64,000 bases of DNA from Bacteroidia bacterium (lineage in GTDB: Bacteria; Bacteroidota; Bacteroidia; SpSt-205): contig JAOAHZ010000001.1 of NCBI GenBank assembly GCA_026414975.1, positions 247,547 through 311,546 of the forward strand, read 5' to 3'. A model generated the notes under the pieces. The model saw only the letters and a program-made list of their open reading frames with translations. It was not told where the DNA came from and did no database searches. The translations under genes and the position numbers were made by a program. This document shows positions 37,621-46,833 of this stretch, piece by piece; positions within the stretch are counted from its first letter, which is position 1; every line of letters starts with the position of its first letter.

Positions 37621-39000
37621 ATGTGGTACAAGAGCTTACTGGAGCTTATTGGGCGCACCCCTCTCGTTCAGCTTAACTCTGTAACCCGAGGGGTGCCCTC
37701 CACTGTGTTGGCTAAAGTGGAATACTTCAACCCCGGGCACAGCGTCAAAGATCGTATTGCCCTTAAGATGGTAGAGGAAGCAGAGCAAGCGGGGCAACTA
37801 CGTCCCGGGGGTACCATTATTGAAGCCACCTCAGGTAATACGGGAATGGGGCTTGCCCTCGTCGCTGCCATTAAGGGCTACCGTTGCATTTTTACCGTGC
37901 CCGATAAGCAATCTAAGGAAAAGATAGATGCCCTTCGTGCTTTGGGAGCTGAGGTAATCGTTACCCCTACAAATGTTCCCCCAGACGACCCTCGTTCGTA
38001 TTACAGCGTCGCTAAGCGCCTCGCTCAAGAAATCCCTGGCGCATTTTATCCTAACCAGTATGATAACCTCCACAACCGTCAGGCTCATTACGAAACCACA
38101 GGGCCAGAGATTTGGGAGCAGACCGAGGGGCGCATCACGCATTTCGTTGCGGGAATGGGTACGACCGGAACCATTTGTGGTGTGGCTCAGTATCTCAAGG
38201 AGCGAAATCCAGCTATTCAGGTAATCGGGGTAGATACCTACGGTTCGCTTTTCCAGAAGCTCCACGAGACGGGTCAGATAGACCCTAAGGAGATATACCC
38301 CTATCTTACCGAAGGGATTGGGGAGGACATCGTTCCAGCCAACTTAGACCTCTCTCTTATAGACCGCATCATCAAAGTAACCGATCGAAATGGGGCTCTG
38401 ATGGCGCGCAAGCTGGCTCGCTATGAAGGGCTTTTCGTGGGATGGTCAAGCGGCTCAGCGGTATGGGCTGCCCTTCAAGTGGCAAAAGAGCTATCCCCTA
38501 AAGATGTTGTAGTTGTGCTTTTGCCTGATCACGGTACCCGTTATCTGAATAAAATCTACAACGATGGATGGATGCGCACTCAAGGCTTCTTGGAAACAAC
38601 TTCGGAACTCACAGTCCGCAGGGTTCTTGAAACAAAAAACCGAAAGACGCCTGGGCTTGCTACAGTGTCTCCTGCAGATCCTCTGCGCAAAGCCGTGGAG
38701 CTGATGCAGCGGTATGAAATCTCTCAACTTCCCATCCTTGAGGAGGGTCGTATTTATGGAATTCTGACGGAGTCTCGGCTGATAGAGGTACTGATGGACG
38801 ATCCACTTGCTAAAGATCAACCCGTGCAGCGGTACATGGCGGATCCCCCCGCAATAGTCCTTCCCTCCACTCCTGTGGATATAGTCTCTAAGATGCTGAC
38901 TCGTGAAATGCCAGCGGTCCTAGTACAGTTAGAGGATGGGGGTTGGGATATTTTGACGCGCTCGGATATTCTTCATGCATTAGTGGATACGACCATGTGA
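37621..39000 (+). CDS. Cystathionine beta-synthase-like PLP enzyme (cysteine synthase fold) with a C-terminal CBS-domain pair.
   Basis: The start is the internal ATG (MWYKSLLELIGRTPLVQL) immediately after the upstream stop. The PLP-fold region includes KVEYFNPGHSVKDRIA and GNTG. Two CBS modules follow in the C-terminal 130 aa. Confidence 0.8.
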   Translation: MWYKSLLELIGRTPLVQLNSVTRGVPSTVLAKVEYFNPGHSVKDRIALKMVEEAEQAGQLRPGGTIIEATSGNTGMGLALVAAIKGYRCIFTVPDKQSKEKIDALRALGAEVIVTPTNVPPDDPRSYYSVAKRLAQEIPGAFYPNQYDNLHNRQAHYETTGPEIWEQTEGRITHFVAGMGTTGTICGVAQYLKERNPAIQVIGVDTYGSLFQKLHETGQIDPKEIYPYLTEGIGEDIVPANLDLSLIDRIIKVTDRNGALMARKLARYEGLFVGWSSGSAVWAALQVAKELSPKDVVVVLLPDHGTRYLNKIYNDGWMRTQGFLETTSELTVRRVLETKNRKTPGLATVSPADPLRKAVELMQRYEISQLPILEEGRIYGILTESRLIEVLMDDPLAKDQPVQRYMADPPAIVLPSTPVDIVSKMLTREMPAVLVQLEDGGWDILTRSDILHALVDTTM

Positions 39001-40097
39001 GGGGGCTCTGGTTATTTCCCCTTCTGTGGGCTCAAGCCCCTGAAGTCTTGCGGTTCATACCGGGGCGATACCGAGAAGGTAAGAACCATCGCATAGACCT
39101 TCACAATCCTACTTCAAAGCCCATAGCGTTGGGGGGCTGGCTTTTAGTAACGAGAGACTACTCGGTTAGGTTACCTAACCACTTAGTTCTTGGCCCGAAC
39201 CAACGTCTGAGCATAGGTAAGCTGGGGGGTGATTTGCGTTTAGACGGCTATCCAGACTTTTTGATTCGATTTCCTGATGAAGGACAGCCGGGAGCTTATG
39301 TGGCTCTCATAGATGAGCAAGGGCGGTTGCGCCGAGGCTTATATCTCGCACCGTCCCCCCAAGTGCTTTTTTTGCCAGACTCGGGGTTGAATATCACCCG
39401 AGAAGGCAAGCGCTTATACTTTGCTTTACCTTCGGAGACGGCGCCGATATGGGAGTATGTTCCATGGGAACCAGACCCTATCATAGGGGTCGTGCGTATG
39501 GGCGATCGGTGGCGTTATACCGTGGCGGATGCGGAGCGCGAGGCACGCCTATACGCTCCTATTCGGTTTCCCTTCCTTCTGGCTTCCTATGAGAGAGAGG
39601 CTGTTCATCTTTCTTGGGAGTTAGAGAGTTATGACTTTTGTGATGTTTATCGGATTGAGCGTTCAGAAGGAGGGGCGGGTTGGCAGATTATAGCTCGGAT
39701 GCCCTGCCCGTCTCCTAAGCCGGGCCGCCAGCGCATAGAGTACTACGATACACGGGTAAGGGAAGGTCAGACTTATCAATATAGGCTGGTCTATGAGATG
39801 CCTCCTTTACTCCGACTGGAGTCAGCTATAGCTGAGGTGCGATGCAAACGAGAAGAAAAGCCTCTTCAGATGACCGCCCAACCCGGCTATCTTCGGCTCC
39901 GAGTCTCTCAATCTCAGCCTCTAAAGATACGACTTTTGGACTCCTACTTTACTGAACGGCTGCGGATATACGACGGGTGGGTCAATGGAGGGGTGGAAAA
40001 TGTCTTCGTATGGGATACCAGTCGAGTTCGGCAGGGAAAATGGATTATAGTTTGGACTGCAGGGCGGCGCTACTGGATTGAGCTACCTGCTCGGTGA
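38997..40097 (+). CDS. Secreted hypothetical protein, possibly with a lamin-tail-like (LTD) N-terminal domain.
   Basis: A GTG start gives the signal peptide (M)RGLWLFPLLWAQ. The LTD-like pattern is EVLRFIPGRY ... IDLHNPTSKPIALGGWLLVTRDYSVRLPNHLVLGPNQRLSI. The alternative ATG at 38943 lies inside the upstream gene. Confidence 0.35.
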   Translation: MRGLWLFPLLWAQAPEVLRFIPGRYREGKNHRIDLHNPTSKPIALGGWLLVTRDYSVRLPNHLVLGPNQRLSIGKLGGDLRLDGYPDFLIRFPDEGQPGAYVALIDEQGRLRRGLYLAPSPQVLFLPDSGLNITREGKRLYFALPSETAPIWEYVPWEPDPIIGVVRMGDRWRYTVADAEREARLYAPIRFPFLLASYEREAVHLSWELESYDFCDVYRIERSEGGAGWQIIARMPCPSPKPGRQRIEYYDTRVREGQTYQYRLVYEMPPLLRLESAIAEVRCKREEKPLQMTAQPGYLRLRVSQSQPLKIRLLDSYFTERLRIYDGWVNGGVENVFVWDTSRVRQGKWIIVWTAGRRYWIELPAR

Positions 40098-40915
40098 AGG
40101 CGACAAAGATTGCTTAGCAAACAGGCTACGGTAAGCGGGCCGACTCCGCCGGGAACTGGTGTATAAGCTCCAGCTTTAGACAGGGTTTCGGTTTGTACGT
40201 CTCCTATTAGTCGCCCTCCTTCCCGATGGATGCCTACATCTATGAGGACTGCTCCAGGCTTGAGTCCCTCAGGGCCAAACCAGTGCGGACGCCCTACGGC
40301 CACCACCACGATATCAGCTTGTCGGGTGTAAGCGTAGAGATTGTCAGTACGGCTGTGGCATAGGGTAACAGTAGAGTTACCGTAATGAGCCGCGCGAGAC
40401 AGTAAAAGGGCTAATGGCGTCCCAACAAGCCTTCCTCGTCCCACAATAGCCACATGCCGGCCTTCTGGAGATATGTCGTAGTAGAGGAGAAGCTCTATAA
40501 TCCCCCAAGGCGTCGCTGGAGCCCATAACGCTCGTCCTTGAGCTAAGAGCCCTAAGTTATGGGGATGAAGAGCGTCAGCGTCCTTATGAGGAGCAATAGC
40601 GTCTAATACCCTTTGCTCTGATAGGTGAGCTGGCAGGGGAAGCTGAACAATCATCCCTGTTACCTCCGGCGTCTCATTGAGATGCTGGATCAAATCCACG
40701 ACTTCTCGGGTCGTGGTCCCCTCGGGGAGGTGATGTAGGACGGCCTTTATTCCTACTCGTTCGGCTTGTCTGAGCTTATGAGATACATAAATTTGACTGG
40801 CCTCGTGATGCCCGACGAGAATCACGTCTAACCGCAAGGACTTGCCCTTGGCATACTCTGCGACTTCTGAAAGGATTTTTTGGGCGACGGGCGCGCCTCG
40901 GAGTACTTGACTCAT
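40070..40915 (-). CDS. folD: Bifunctional 5,10-methylene-THF dehydrogenase / methenyl-THF cyclohydrolase.
   Basis: MSQVLRGAPVAQKILSEV ... VILVGHHEASQIYV ... AIVGRGRLVGTPLALLL ... TVTLCHSRT; these are canonical FolD motifs. Confidence 0.9.
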   Translation of the reverse strand: MSQVLRGAPVAQKILSEVAEYAKGKSLRLDVILVGHHEASQIYVSHKLRQAERVGIKAVLHHLPEGTTTREVVDLIQHLNETPEVTGMIVQLPLPAHLSEQRVLDAIAPHKDADALHPHNLGLLAQGRALWAPATPWGIIELLLYYDISPEGRHVAIVGRGRLVGTPLALLLSRAAHYGNSTVTLCHSRTDNLYAYTRQADIVVVAVGRPHWFGPEGLKPGAVLIDVGIHREGGRLIGDVQTETLSKAGAYTPVPGGVGPLTVACLLSNLCRLHRAGSSIQ

Positions 40916-42300
40916 GTGTAGCCAAGTATTTTCAACACTTGTTTGCTATTTTGCTCCTCATACAGGACCTCAAACTGCGGCTGGCCATCTCGGTCCCGTC
41001 TGATAAGAATATGCCTCGGCGTAGGGATAAGGCAGTGATGAATACCCCCTACGCCACTAAGTGCCTCTTGGTAGGCACCAGTGTGGAAAAAGCCAATGTA
41101 AAGTTCCTTGCGCGTCTTGGGTAAAAACAGGACATTCGTATGAGCATCTGTGTGATAAAAGTCCAGTTCGTCGCAGGTGATGCCTCCCAAAATGACCCTT
41201 TCGTATTCGGCACTCCAGTTATTCAGAGGTAGGATTATGTAGCGCTGTTTGAGAGCCCAGATATCAGGCAGGGTCGTCATCAGGCTGCCATCTAAAATAA
41301 GCCAGCTCTCTCGGTCGTTTTGACGCTTTCGCTCCAAGACCTTGAAGACTACAGCTCCCGATTCTGCAACGGTATAGCTACCGAACTCTGAAGCGATATC
41401 GGGTTCTTCCACACCATGCTGAGTGCAAGCTACTTTGAGTCGTCGCACAATCTCCCCAATAACGTACTGGTAGTCAAACTCAAAATCTAAGGAGCTTCGG
41501 AAGGGCAAGCCTCCGCCAATATTGAAATAGCGCAAGCTGGGGGCTTCTTTTTTGAGCTCGCAGTAGAGAGCTATCATTTTGTCCAGTTCATTCCAGTAAT
41601 AAGGGGTATCACGGATGCCCGAACTGATGAAAGAGTGCAGCATGACGAGCTGGAAGTTAGGATTAGGCTTGATCTTCTCCAGATAAAGGTCTAGGACGTC
41701 ATCAGGACGAATCCCCAGCCTGCTGGTGTAAATGGGGAAGTCAGGGCGCTCTTCTATAGAAACTCGAATCCCCAGCTTAGCCGGTACATCTAACTCGCTG
41801 GTGTAGAAGTTTATTTCTCGTCTCGTGTCTAATACAGGAATGAGATTCTCAAATCCATCATGGATTAGATCGACGATGCGCTGAGCGTAAGTAGGCGTCT
41901 TGTAGCCGTTGCAAATAATCATGGTGTCCTTTTTGGAAATAAGGCCTCTGCGTTCTAAGGCCTCCACTATTTCCATGTCAAAGGCCGAAGAAGTCTCAAT
42001 ATGTACGCCATGCCTTAGAACTTCCTCTAAAACATGACGAAAGTGTGAGCTTTTCGTACAGTAAGCGTAGATATATTGGCCATGGTAATCATTTTTGAGG
42101 AAGGCTTCTTGGAAATAGAGGCGTGCCTGGCGTATTTTTTTACCGATGATGGGCAAGTAGGTTAGCCGAAGGGGGGTGCCAAACGTTTCCACTAACTCTA
42201 TAAGGTTAATGCCATGGAAATAAAGCTCATCGTCTATAACTTCAAAGGGCTCTTGAGGAAAATCTACGCTGAGGTCCAGAAACTCTGCGTAACTTTGCAC
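40912..42300 (-). CDS. PLP-dependent (fold III) arginine decarboxylase-like enzyme.
   Basis: Orn/DAP/Arg decarboxylase family features YAYCTKSSHF (the PLP Lys region), FNIGGGLPF, and a C-terminal beta-domain. It has an ATGA-type overlap with folD, and an agmatinase-family gene sits divergently. Confidence 0.6.
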   Translation of the reverse strand: MQSYAEFLDLSVDFPQEPFEVIDDELYFHGINLIELVETFGTPLRLTYLPIIGKKIRQARLYFQEAFLKNDYHGQYIYAYCTKSSHFRHVLEEVLRHGVHIETSSAFDMEIVEALERRGLISKKDTMIICNGYKTPTYAQRIVDLIHDGFENLIPVLDTRREINFYTSELDVPAKLGIRVSIEERPDFPIYTSRLGIRPDDVLDLYLEKIKPNPNFQLVMLHSFISSGIRDTPYYWNELDKMIALYCELKKEAPSLRYFNIGGGLPFRSSLDFEFDYQYVIGEIVRRLKVACTQHGVEEPDIASEFGSYTVAESGAVVFKVLERKRQNDRESWLILDGSLMTTLPDIWALKQRYIILPLNNWSAEYERVILGGITCDELDFYHTDAHTNVLFLPKTRKELYIGFFHTGAYQEALSGVGGIHHCLIPTPRHILIRRDRDGQPQFEVLYEEQNSKQVLKILGYT

Positions 42301-42341
42301 TCTGCAAAGATGAGACTAAAATGTAAAAGTAAGCTGAGCGC

Positions 42342-43280
42342 ATGGGTCTTCGGGTTGTAGCCATAGCCTGCGATTGGGGAGCGGGGCAGCCCGGGGGAGC
42401 TGCAGGGGTTGAAAGTTGGTATGCGTTAGGGCTTCATTACAAGCATTTAGCTTGGTTAGAGGCTGAACATCTCTGGCTAAGTCCCACGCATTCCAGGCCT
42501 CCATGGATAGAGACAGGCCGTCATGTTTATGCTCGGCGGTTGGATGCCTGGCTTGACTTTGCTGGGGAGGTAAAAAAGGCCCTACAAGCCTTACCTGTGG
42601 ATGAGAGAGTACTTTTTCTTACAGGAGACCATAGCTGGGCTGGGTGTATTCTCCCTGTTTTGGCCCGGCGAGTTGGACGCCTCGGAGTCATTTGGATAGA
42701 TGCTCATGCCGATATGCATAACCCTGCCACCTCTCCCTCTGGCAACCTCCACGGAATGCCCCTTGCCATGATCACCGCTATCAATCAAGAACGTCATCAC
42801 CCAGTGCCTGCTTTCACTTGGGCCTTATGGGAGCGCCTCGTAGAACCGGCTATTCAGCCGCAGGATATCTTGATTTTGGGATTGCGCAGTTATGAGCCCC
42901 CTGAACTGGACCTCATCCAACAGCATCAGATGCCCTACTTTCTGTCTGCCGACATAGCTAAATCGGGCATAGACGCTGCCCTACAAGCGGCCCGTGTTCT
43001 GATAGAGAGGACCGACGCATTATATGTGAGTTTGGATGTAGATGTGTGGGACCCGAGCTTTGCGCGGGGCACAGGTGCCCCAGCTCCGGGGGGCCTGAGC
43101 ATCGCTCAAGTTCGTGCCTTCCTTCAAGAGATAATCCTCCACGAGAAACTTAGGTTCTTAGAGGTAACAGAGATCAATCCGCTCTTGGACCGAGACAATC
43201 AGACAGCGCTTTTTGCCTATGGAACGGTCCGCCCTTTCATAGATGGACAGCTTCATGCGGGCAAGTTGGGGCTGGAGTAG
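42342..43280 (+). CDS. Arginase/agmatinase/formiminoglutamase family ureohydrolase (agmatinase-like).
   Basis: Mn-binding motifs GDHSWAG, IWIDAHADMHNP, SLDVDVWDP and GGLS. Confidence 0.7.
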   Translation: MGLRVVAIACDWGAGQPGGAAGVESWYALGLHYKHLAWLEAEHLWLSPTHSRPPWIETGRHVYARRLDAWLDFAGEVKKALQALPVDERVLFLTGDHSWAGCILPVLARRVGRLGVIWIDAHADMHNPATSPSGNLHGMPLAMITAINQERHHPVPAFTWALWERLVEPAIQPQDILILGLRSYEPPELDLIQQHQMPYFLSADIAKSGIDAALQAARVLIERTDALYVSLDVDVWDPSFARGTGAPAPGGLSIAQVRAFLQEIILHEKLRFLEVTEINPLLDRDNQTALFAYGTVRPFIDGQLHAGKLGLE

Positions 43281-43803
43281 CGGTCTATGGATAGGGATGC
43301 TCGCTGCTCAATTGCCAGCGCGATATGTACTCAAGGCAGATGGGTTGGGCTTTGTATGGCGAGAGTTCCGCCTCTGGGGGGAATACAGGCTTTTTCGGTG
43401 GGCGCCGCCTTTTATCGCTTCAGTGGATAGGCACCGATGGGATGGACTGACCCTGTGCGTCGGCTTAGGTTATTTCCGACGATGGCCGCTGAGAGGAGGG
43501 CTTGGGCGGGTGGGGCTGCGGTATTATCCTCTTCGTCGCCCGTATGCTCCCGAAGGGCTATGGGTAGGTCTCCATGTTGTAGGCGCTGGATGGGGGGTCC
43601 GGCGTGAATCCACCATGCTTTCGGTAGCTCCTAGCTTGAGTATAGGCTATCAGTTTATCTTCCGTCAGTCTTATGGAGGGGTCATAGAACCCCTTGTATG
43701 CATAGAACCACATTGGCGTCAAGACTCGCCTTTTAGCTTAGTACAGCTTGGCGTGAATGTAGGCTGGGCTAGCCGACGATGGAGTCGCCGTAACCTGCCT
43801 TGA
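43243..43803 (+). CDS. Hypothetical Arg/Trp/Gly-rich small protein, possibly an outer-membrane beta-barrel. The start is uncertain; an alternative is 43297.
   Basis: Alternating hydrophobic/polar pattern rich in R, W, G and Y. The first ATG overlaps the upstream gene by 38 nt. Confidence 0.3.
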   Translation: MDSFMRASWGWSSGLWIGMLAAQLPARYVLKADGLGFVWREFRLWGEYRLFRWAPPFIASVDRHRWDGLTLCVGLGYFRRWPLRGGLGRVGLRYYPLRRPYAPEGLWVGLHVVGAGWGVRRESTMLSVAPSLSIGYQFIFRQSYGGVIEPLVCIEPHWRQDSPFSLVQLGVNVGWASRRWSRRNLP

Positions 43804-43884
43804 AAAGGTCCCAAGCAAGGCCTTGGAGTGGTCGCCTTTCTCTTGCACGGCTCTCTCCGCAAAAATCTGTACCTTTCCTAAGAT

Positions 43885-44853
43885 ATGCCTAAATCGTCGG
43901 CGGCTAAAACACGCTCCTTCTTTCCCTCTAAATATCGTTTAGAAGAAAATCGCTCGGACCGGCTTTCTAAGAAGGATAAAGCCTCCTCCTTTCCTGCAGG
44001 TAAGGGGACAACTTTATATCACCTTCGCCAGCGAGCCTCAAGGCGAAACACTTCTACTCAAACCATACAATCTAATCCTAAGCTGCCTACAAAGAACCTC
44101 CCTGCACCTGGTCCCCCAGAGCTACCGCAGAAGATTCGTCTGGTGCGGTATGTCGCTCTGTCAGGCGTCGCCTCGCGACGTGAAGCAGTCAAGGTTATCA
44201 AAAATGGCCAAGTAACCGTGAATGGTCAAGTTGTACGAGAGCCTTGGGTCTATGTGAATGTAGAAACCGACAAGGTTACCTACCGCGGGCAGCCTATTCG
44301 TCCAGAGAAGCCTGTTTATATCCTCCTCAATAAGCCTAAGAATACCATTTGCACCCTCCGAGATGAGAGGGGACGCCCGACTGTGATGGACCTTTTAGAG
44401 GGGGCTCCTAAGGTGCGCCTGTATCCAGTAGGGCGATTAGACAGAAATACGACAGGTATCTTGATTCTCACGAATGACGGGGACCTTACTCAAAAGCTCT
44501 TGCATCCTAAAAGCCAAGTGCCTCGGGTCTACCGGGCGACCACGGTGAAGCCTATGACTAAAGCAGTTGTAGAGAAACTTTTAGAAGGGGTCCCTTTGCC
44601 CGATGGGGTAGCACAAGCAGATAAAGTCGTTTTAGAAGACCCTTATACCCTTCTTATCACCATTCATATTGGGCGCAAGCATATTGTCCGTCGGATGTTA
44701 GAATATCTCGGCTATCGCCTCAAGTCTCTGGATAGGATTGCCTTTGGGCCGATTACGCGCAAAGGCGTTCGGCGAGGCCAGTGGAGATATCTTACCGCTC
44801 AAGAAGTAGGATGGTTGAAGATGCTACCTGACCCGAGGAAAAAACCTACTTAG
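43885..44853 (+). CDS. RsuA/RluB-family pseudouridine synthase with an S4 domain and a basic N-terminal extension.
   Basis: S4 domain IRLVRYVALSGVASRREAVKVIKNGQVTVNG. Catalytic region RLYPVGRLDRNTTGILILTNDGDL (the conserved Asp). The extension is about 90 aa and K/R/S/T-rich. Confidence 0.8.
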   Translation: MPKSSAAKTRSFFPSKYRLEENRSDRLSKKDKASSFPAGKGTTLYHLRQRASRRNTSTQTIQSNPKLPTKNLPAPGPPELPQKIRLVRYVALSGVASRREAVKVIKNGQVTVNGQVVREPWVYVNVETDKVTYRGQPIRPEKPVYILLNKPKNTICTLRDERGRPTVMDLLEGAPKVRLYPVGRLDRNTTGILILTNDGDLTQKLLHPKSQVPRVYRATTVKPMTKAVVEKLLEGVPLPDGVAQADKVVLEDPYTLLITIHIGRKHIVRRMLEYLGYRLKSLDRIAFGPITRKGVRRGQWRYLTAQEVGWLKMLPDPRKKPT

Positions 44854-45020
44854 AAGCCTCTGAGCCTTGACGCACGCCTTTGTGGCTGCTCATCCTTATG
44901 CTTCTGAGGCTCCGAGGTGGTAGGGGCATGCCTTGTGTCCCAGCTCTTATCCGTAGGTTTCGCTTCTTAGAGATTCCCATCGTACTTCAGGGTTTGCGGC
45001 AGACCGATACATCCTTTTTG

Positions 45021-45028
45021 TACCTTTG
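45021..45028 (+). promoter_or_regulatory. Bacteroidota sigma-A -7 box TACCTTTG, 6 nt upstream of the rpmI ATG. Identical boxes occur at 13843, 31834, 48687 and 55302. Variant TAnnTTTG boxes occur at 13185, 21994, 28748 and 36810. TACCTTAG occurs at 3649 and 63684.
   Basis: Direct motif matches to the published Bacteroidota consensus TTG-N17-20-TAnnTTTG. A TTTG lies about 24 nt upstream of this instance. Confidence 0.5.
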
Positions 45029-45034
45029 CTGCCC

Positions 45035-45223
45035 ATGAAGGGACACTCAGGGAGTCAGAAACGCTTCAAAATAACCGCAACGGGCAAGATTATGCACAAA
45101 GCCACGGGGCGCCGCCACAACTTTTCCTCAAAGTCTCATCGCCGCAAGCGCGCGCTGCGTAAGGACCGACTGGTGAAGCCGTCTGACCGGTTTGGCATTT
45201 CCCTTTTGACCGTACATCTCTGA
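45035..45223 (+). CDS. rpmI: 50S ribosomal protein L35.
   Basis: MKGHSGSQKRFKITATGKIMHKATGRRH ... is typical of L35. A TACCTTTG box lies 6 nt upstream. Confidence 0.8.
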   Translation: MKGHSGSQKRFKITATGKIMHKATGRRHNFSSKSHRRKRALRKDRLVKPSDRFGISLLTVHL

Positions 45224-45227
45224 GATT

Positions 45228-45575
45228 ATGAGAACCAAAAATAGAGTAGCTTCACGAGAGCGTCGCCGGCGCATCCTGCGTCAGACTAAGGGTTATTGGG
45301 GACGGAAAAAGAATGTATTTCGCCATGCCCATAATCAGCTCCAGAAAGGGCTTGTGTATGCTTACATCCACAGGCGGCACAAAAAGCGCTATTTCCGTCG
45401 CCTCTGGATTGTGCGTATCAATGCTGCAGTCCGACCTTATGGGTTGTCTTACAGTCAGTTCATGCACAAGCTCAAAAAAGCAGGGGTTGCTATAAACCGC
45501 AAAATGCTGGCCGACTTGGCGGTGAGTCAGCCCCATGCCTTGGCTACGCTTGTAGAGCAGGTGAAGGCAGCCTAA
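45228..45575 (+). CDS. rplT: 50S ribosomal protein L20.
   Basis: MRTKNRVASRERRRRILRQTKGYWGRKKNVFRHA ... RINAAVRPYGLSYSQFMHKLKKAGV. Confidence 0.9.
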   Translation: MRTKNRVASRERRRRILRQTKGYWGRKKNVFRHAHNQLQKGLVYAYIHRRHKKRYFRRLWIVRINAAVRPYGLSYSQFMHKLKKAGVAINRKMLADLAVSQPHALATLVEQVKAA

Positions 45576-46459
45576 TGGGAGTAGCTTTACTTTTCCCTGG
45601 TCAAGGGTCTCAAGGAGTAGGGATGGGCCGGGCTCTCTATGAAGCGCATCGAGAGCTACGGGGCCTATTTGAAGAAGCGGAGTCTATTTTAGGTATGCCT
45701 CTCCGCCAATATATGTTTGAGGGGCCTGCAGAAGCCCTGCAGCGCACTTCTGTAACACAACCTGCGCTTTACCTGCATGGTTATGCTGTCGCCCAAGCTC
45801 GCAAAATACCAGCAGCAGCTGTGGCGGGACACTCTCTGGGAGAGTTTACTGCTTTGGCTGTAGCAGGCGTGCTATCGTTTGCGGATGGTCTCAGACTGGT
45901 GAAAGTTCGGGCTGATAGCATGCAGGCGGCCTGCGATGCTCATCCCAGCACGATGGCGGCTATTATTGGCTTGGAGGATAAGGTCGTAGAGGACCTATGC
46001 GCAGAGGCTTCATCCATTGGAATCGTCGTTCCGGCTAACTACAACTCTCCCGGGCAGCTTGTCATATCGGGAGAACTTGCAGCGGTAGAAGCTGTGATGG
46101 AGCGAGCTAAAGCAGCCGGAGCCAAGCTCGTCAAGAAACTGGCTGTCAATGGCGCATTCCACTCTCCTCTTATGGAGTCTGCACGCCATAACCTTGCAGA
46201 AGCTATAGAATCTCTTTCGTTTCAGAAGCCCCAAATCCCCGTTTATCCGAACGTAACGGCGACCGCCGAAACCGACCCTGCTAAACTCAAATCCTTGCTT
46301 ATTCAGCAGCTCACCGCTCCCGTTCGCTGGACTCAGACTCTCCAGGGTATGTGGGCGGATGGGATTCGTACCTTTTACGAGCTTGGCCCAGGAAACGTCC
46401 TCGCTGGACTGACTCGCCGTACCCTTCCCGAAGCGGTCGTCGCTTCTTACGACTCCTAA
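45575..46459 (+). CDS. fabD: Malonyl-CoA:ACP transacylase.
   Basis: LLFPGQGSQGVGMG ... GHSLGEFTALAVAGVLSF (the active-site Ser in GHSLG) ... NGAFHSPLM. Confidence 0.9.
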   Translation: MGVALLFPGQGSQGVGMGRALYEAHRELRGLFEEAESILGMPLRQYMFEGPAEALQRTSVTQPALYLHGYAVAQARKIPAAAVAGHSLGEFTALAVAGVLSFADGLRLVKVRADSMQAACDAHPSTMAAIIGLEDKVVEDLCAEASSIGIVVPANYNSPGQLVISGELAAVEAVMERAKAAGAKLVKKLAVNGAFHSPLMESARHNLAEAIESLSFQKPQIPVYPNVTATAETDPAKLKSLLIQQLTAPVRWTQTLQGMWADGIRTFYELGPGNVLAGLTRRTLPEAVVASYDS

Positions 46460-46481
46460 AAATCTCTTACCTTCGTTCAGT

Positions 46482-46653
46482 ATGGCGAGCTTGGAAGAGC
46501 TTATCAAGACCGCTCTTCAAAAACCTGATCTGCGCAAATCCGTGAAAGGTATCTTGGAACAAGCTCTTGAGCAGCTTGCAAACCCCTCTCTCCCCGACGA
46601 CGAACGTAAAAGGCTCTTAGATCAGGCTGAGAAAATAGCTAAGGAAAACGCTT
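46482..46653 (+). CDS. Possible small (56 aa) helical protein, not in the supplied ORF track.
   Basis: ATG at 46482 to TAA at 46651: MASLEELIKTALQKPDLRKSVKGILEQALEQLANPSLPDDERKRLLDQAEKIAKENA. The only support is coding-like composition and its position immediately after fabD. It may be spurious. Confidence 0.25.
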
Positions 46654-46833
46654 AACTCCCTGGGCTTGTACCTTGGCAGAATAGAAGGCTTGCATTAGGC
46701 AGCAACCTCAGAAAGTGCCCCTTGATTCATTCCCTCTTACTACGCCATAGATATTTGTCCTATTGAGGCTTAGCCGGGTCAGACCCTTCCTCATATGAAA
46801 GCTCTTCGCAGCGGATGCTTTAGGGTTTTTCCC

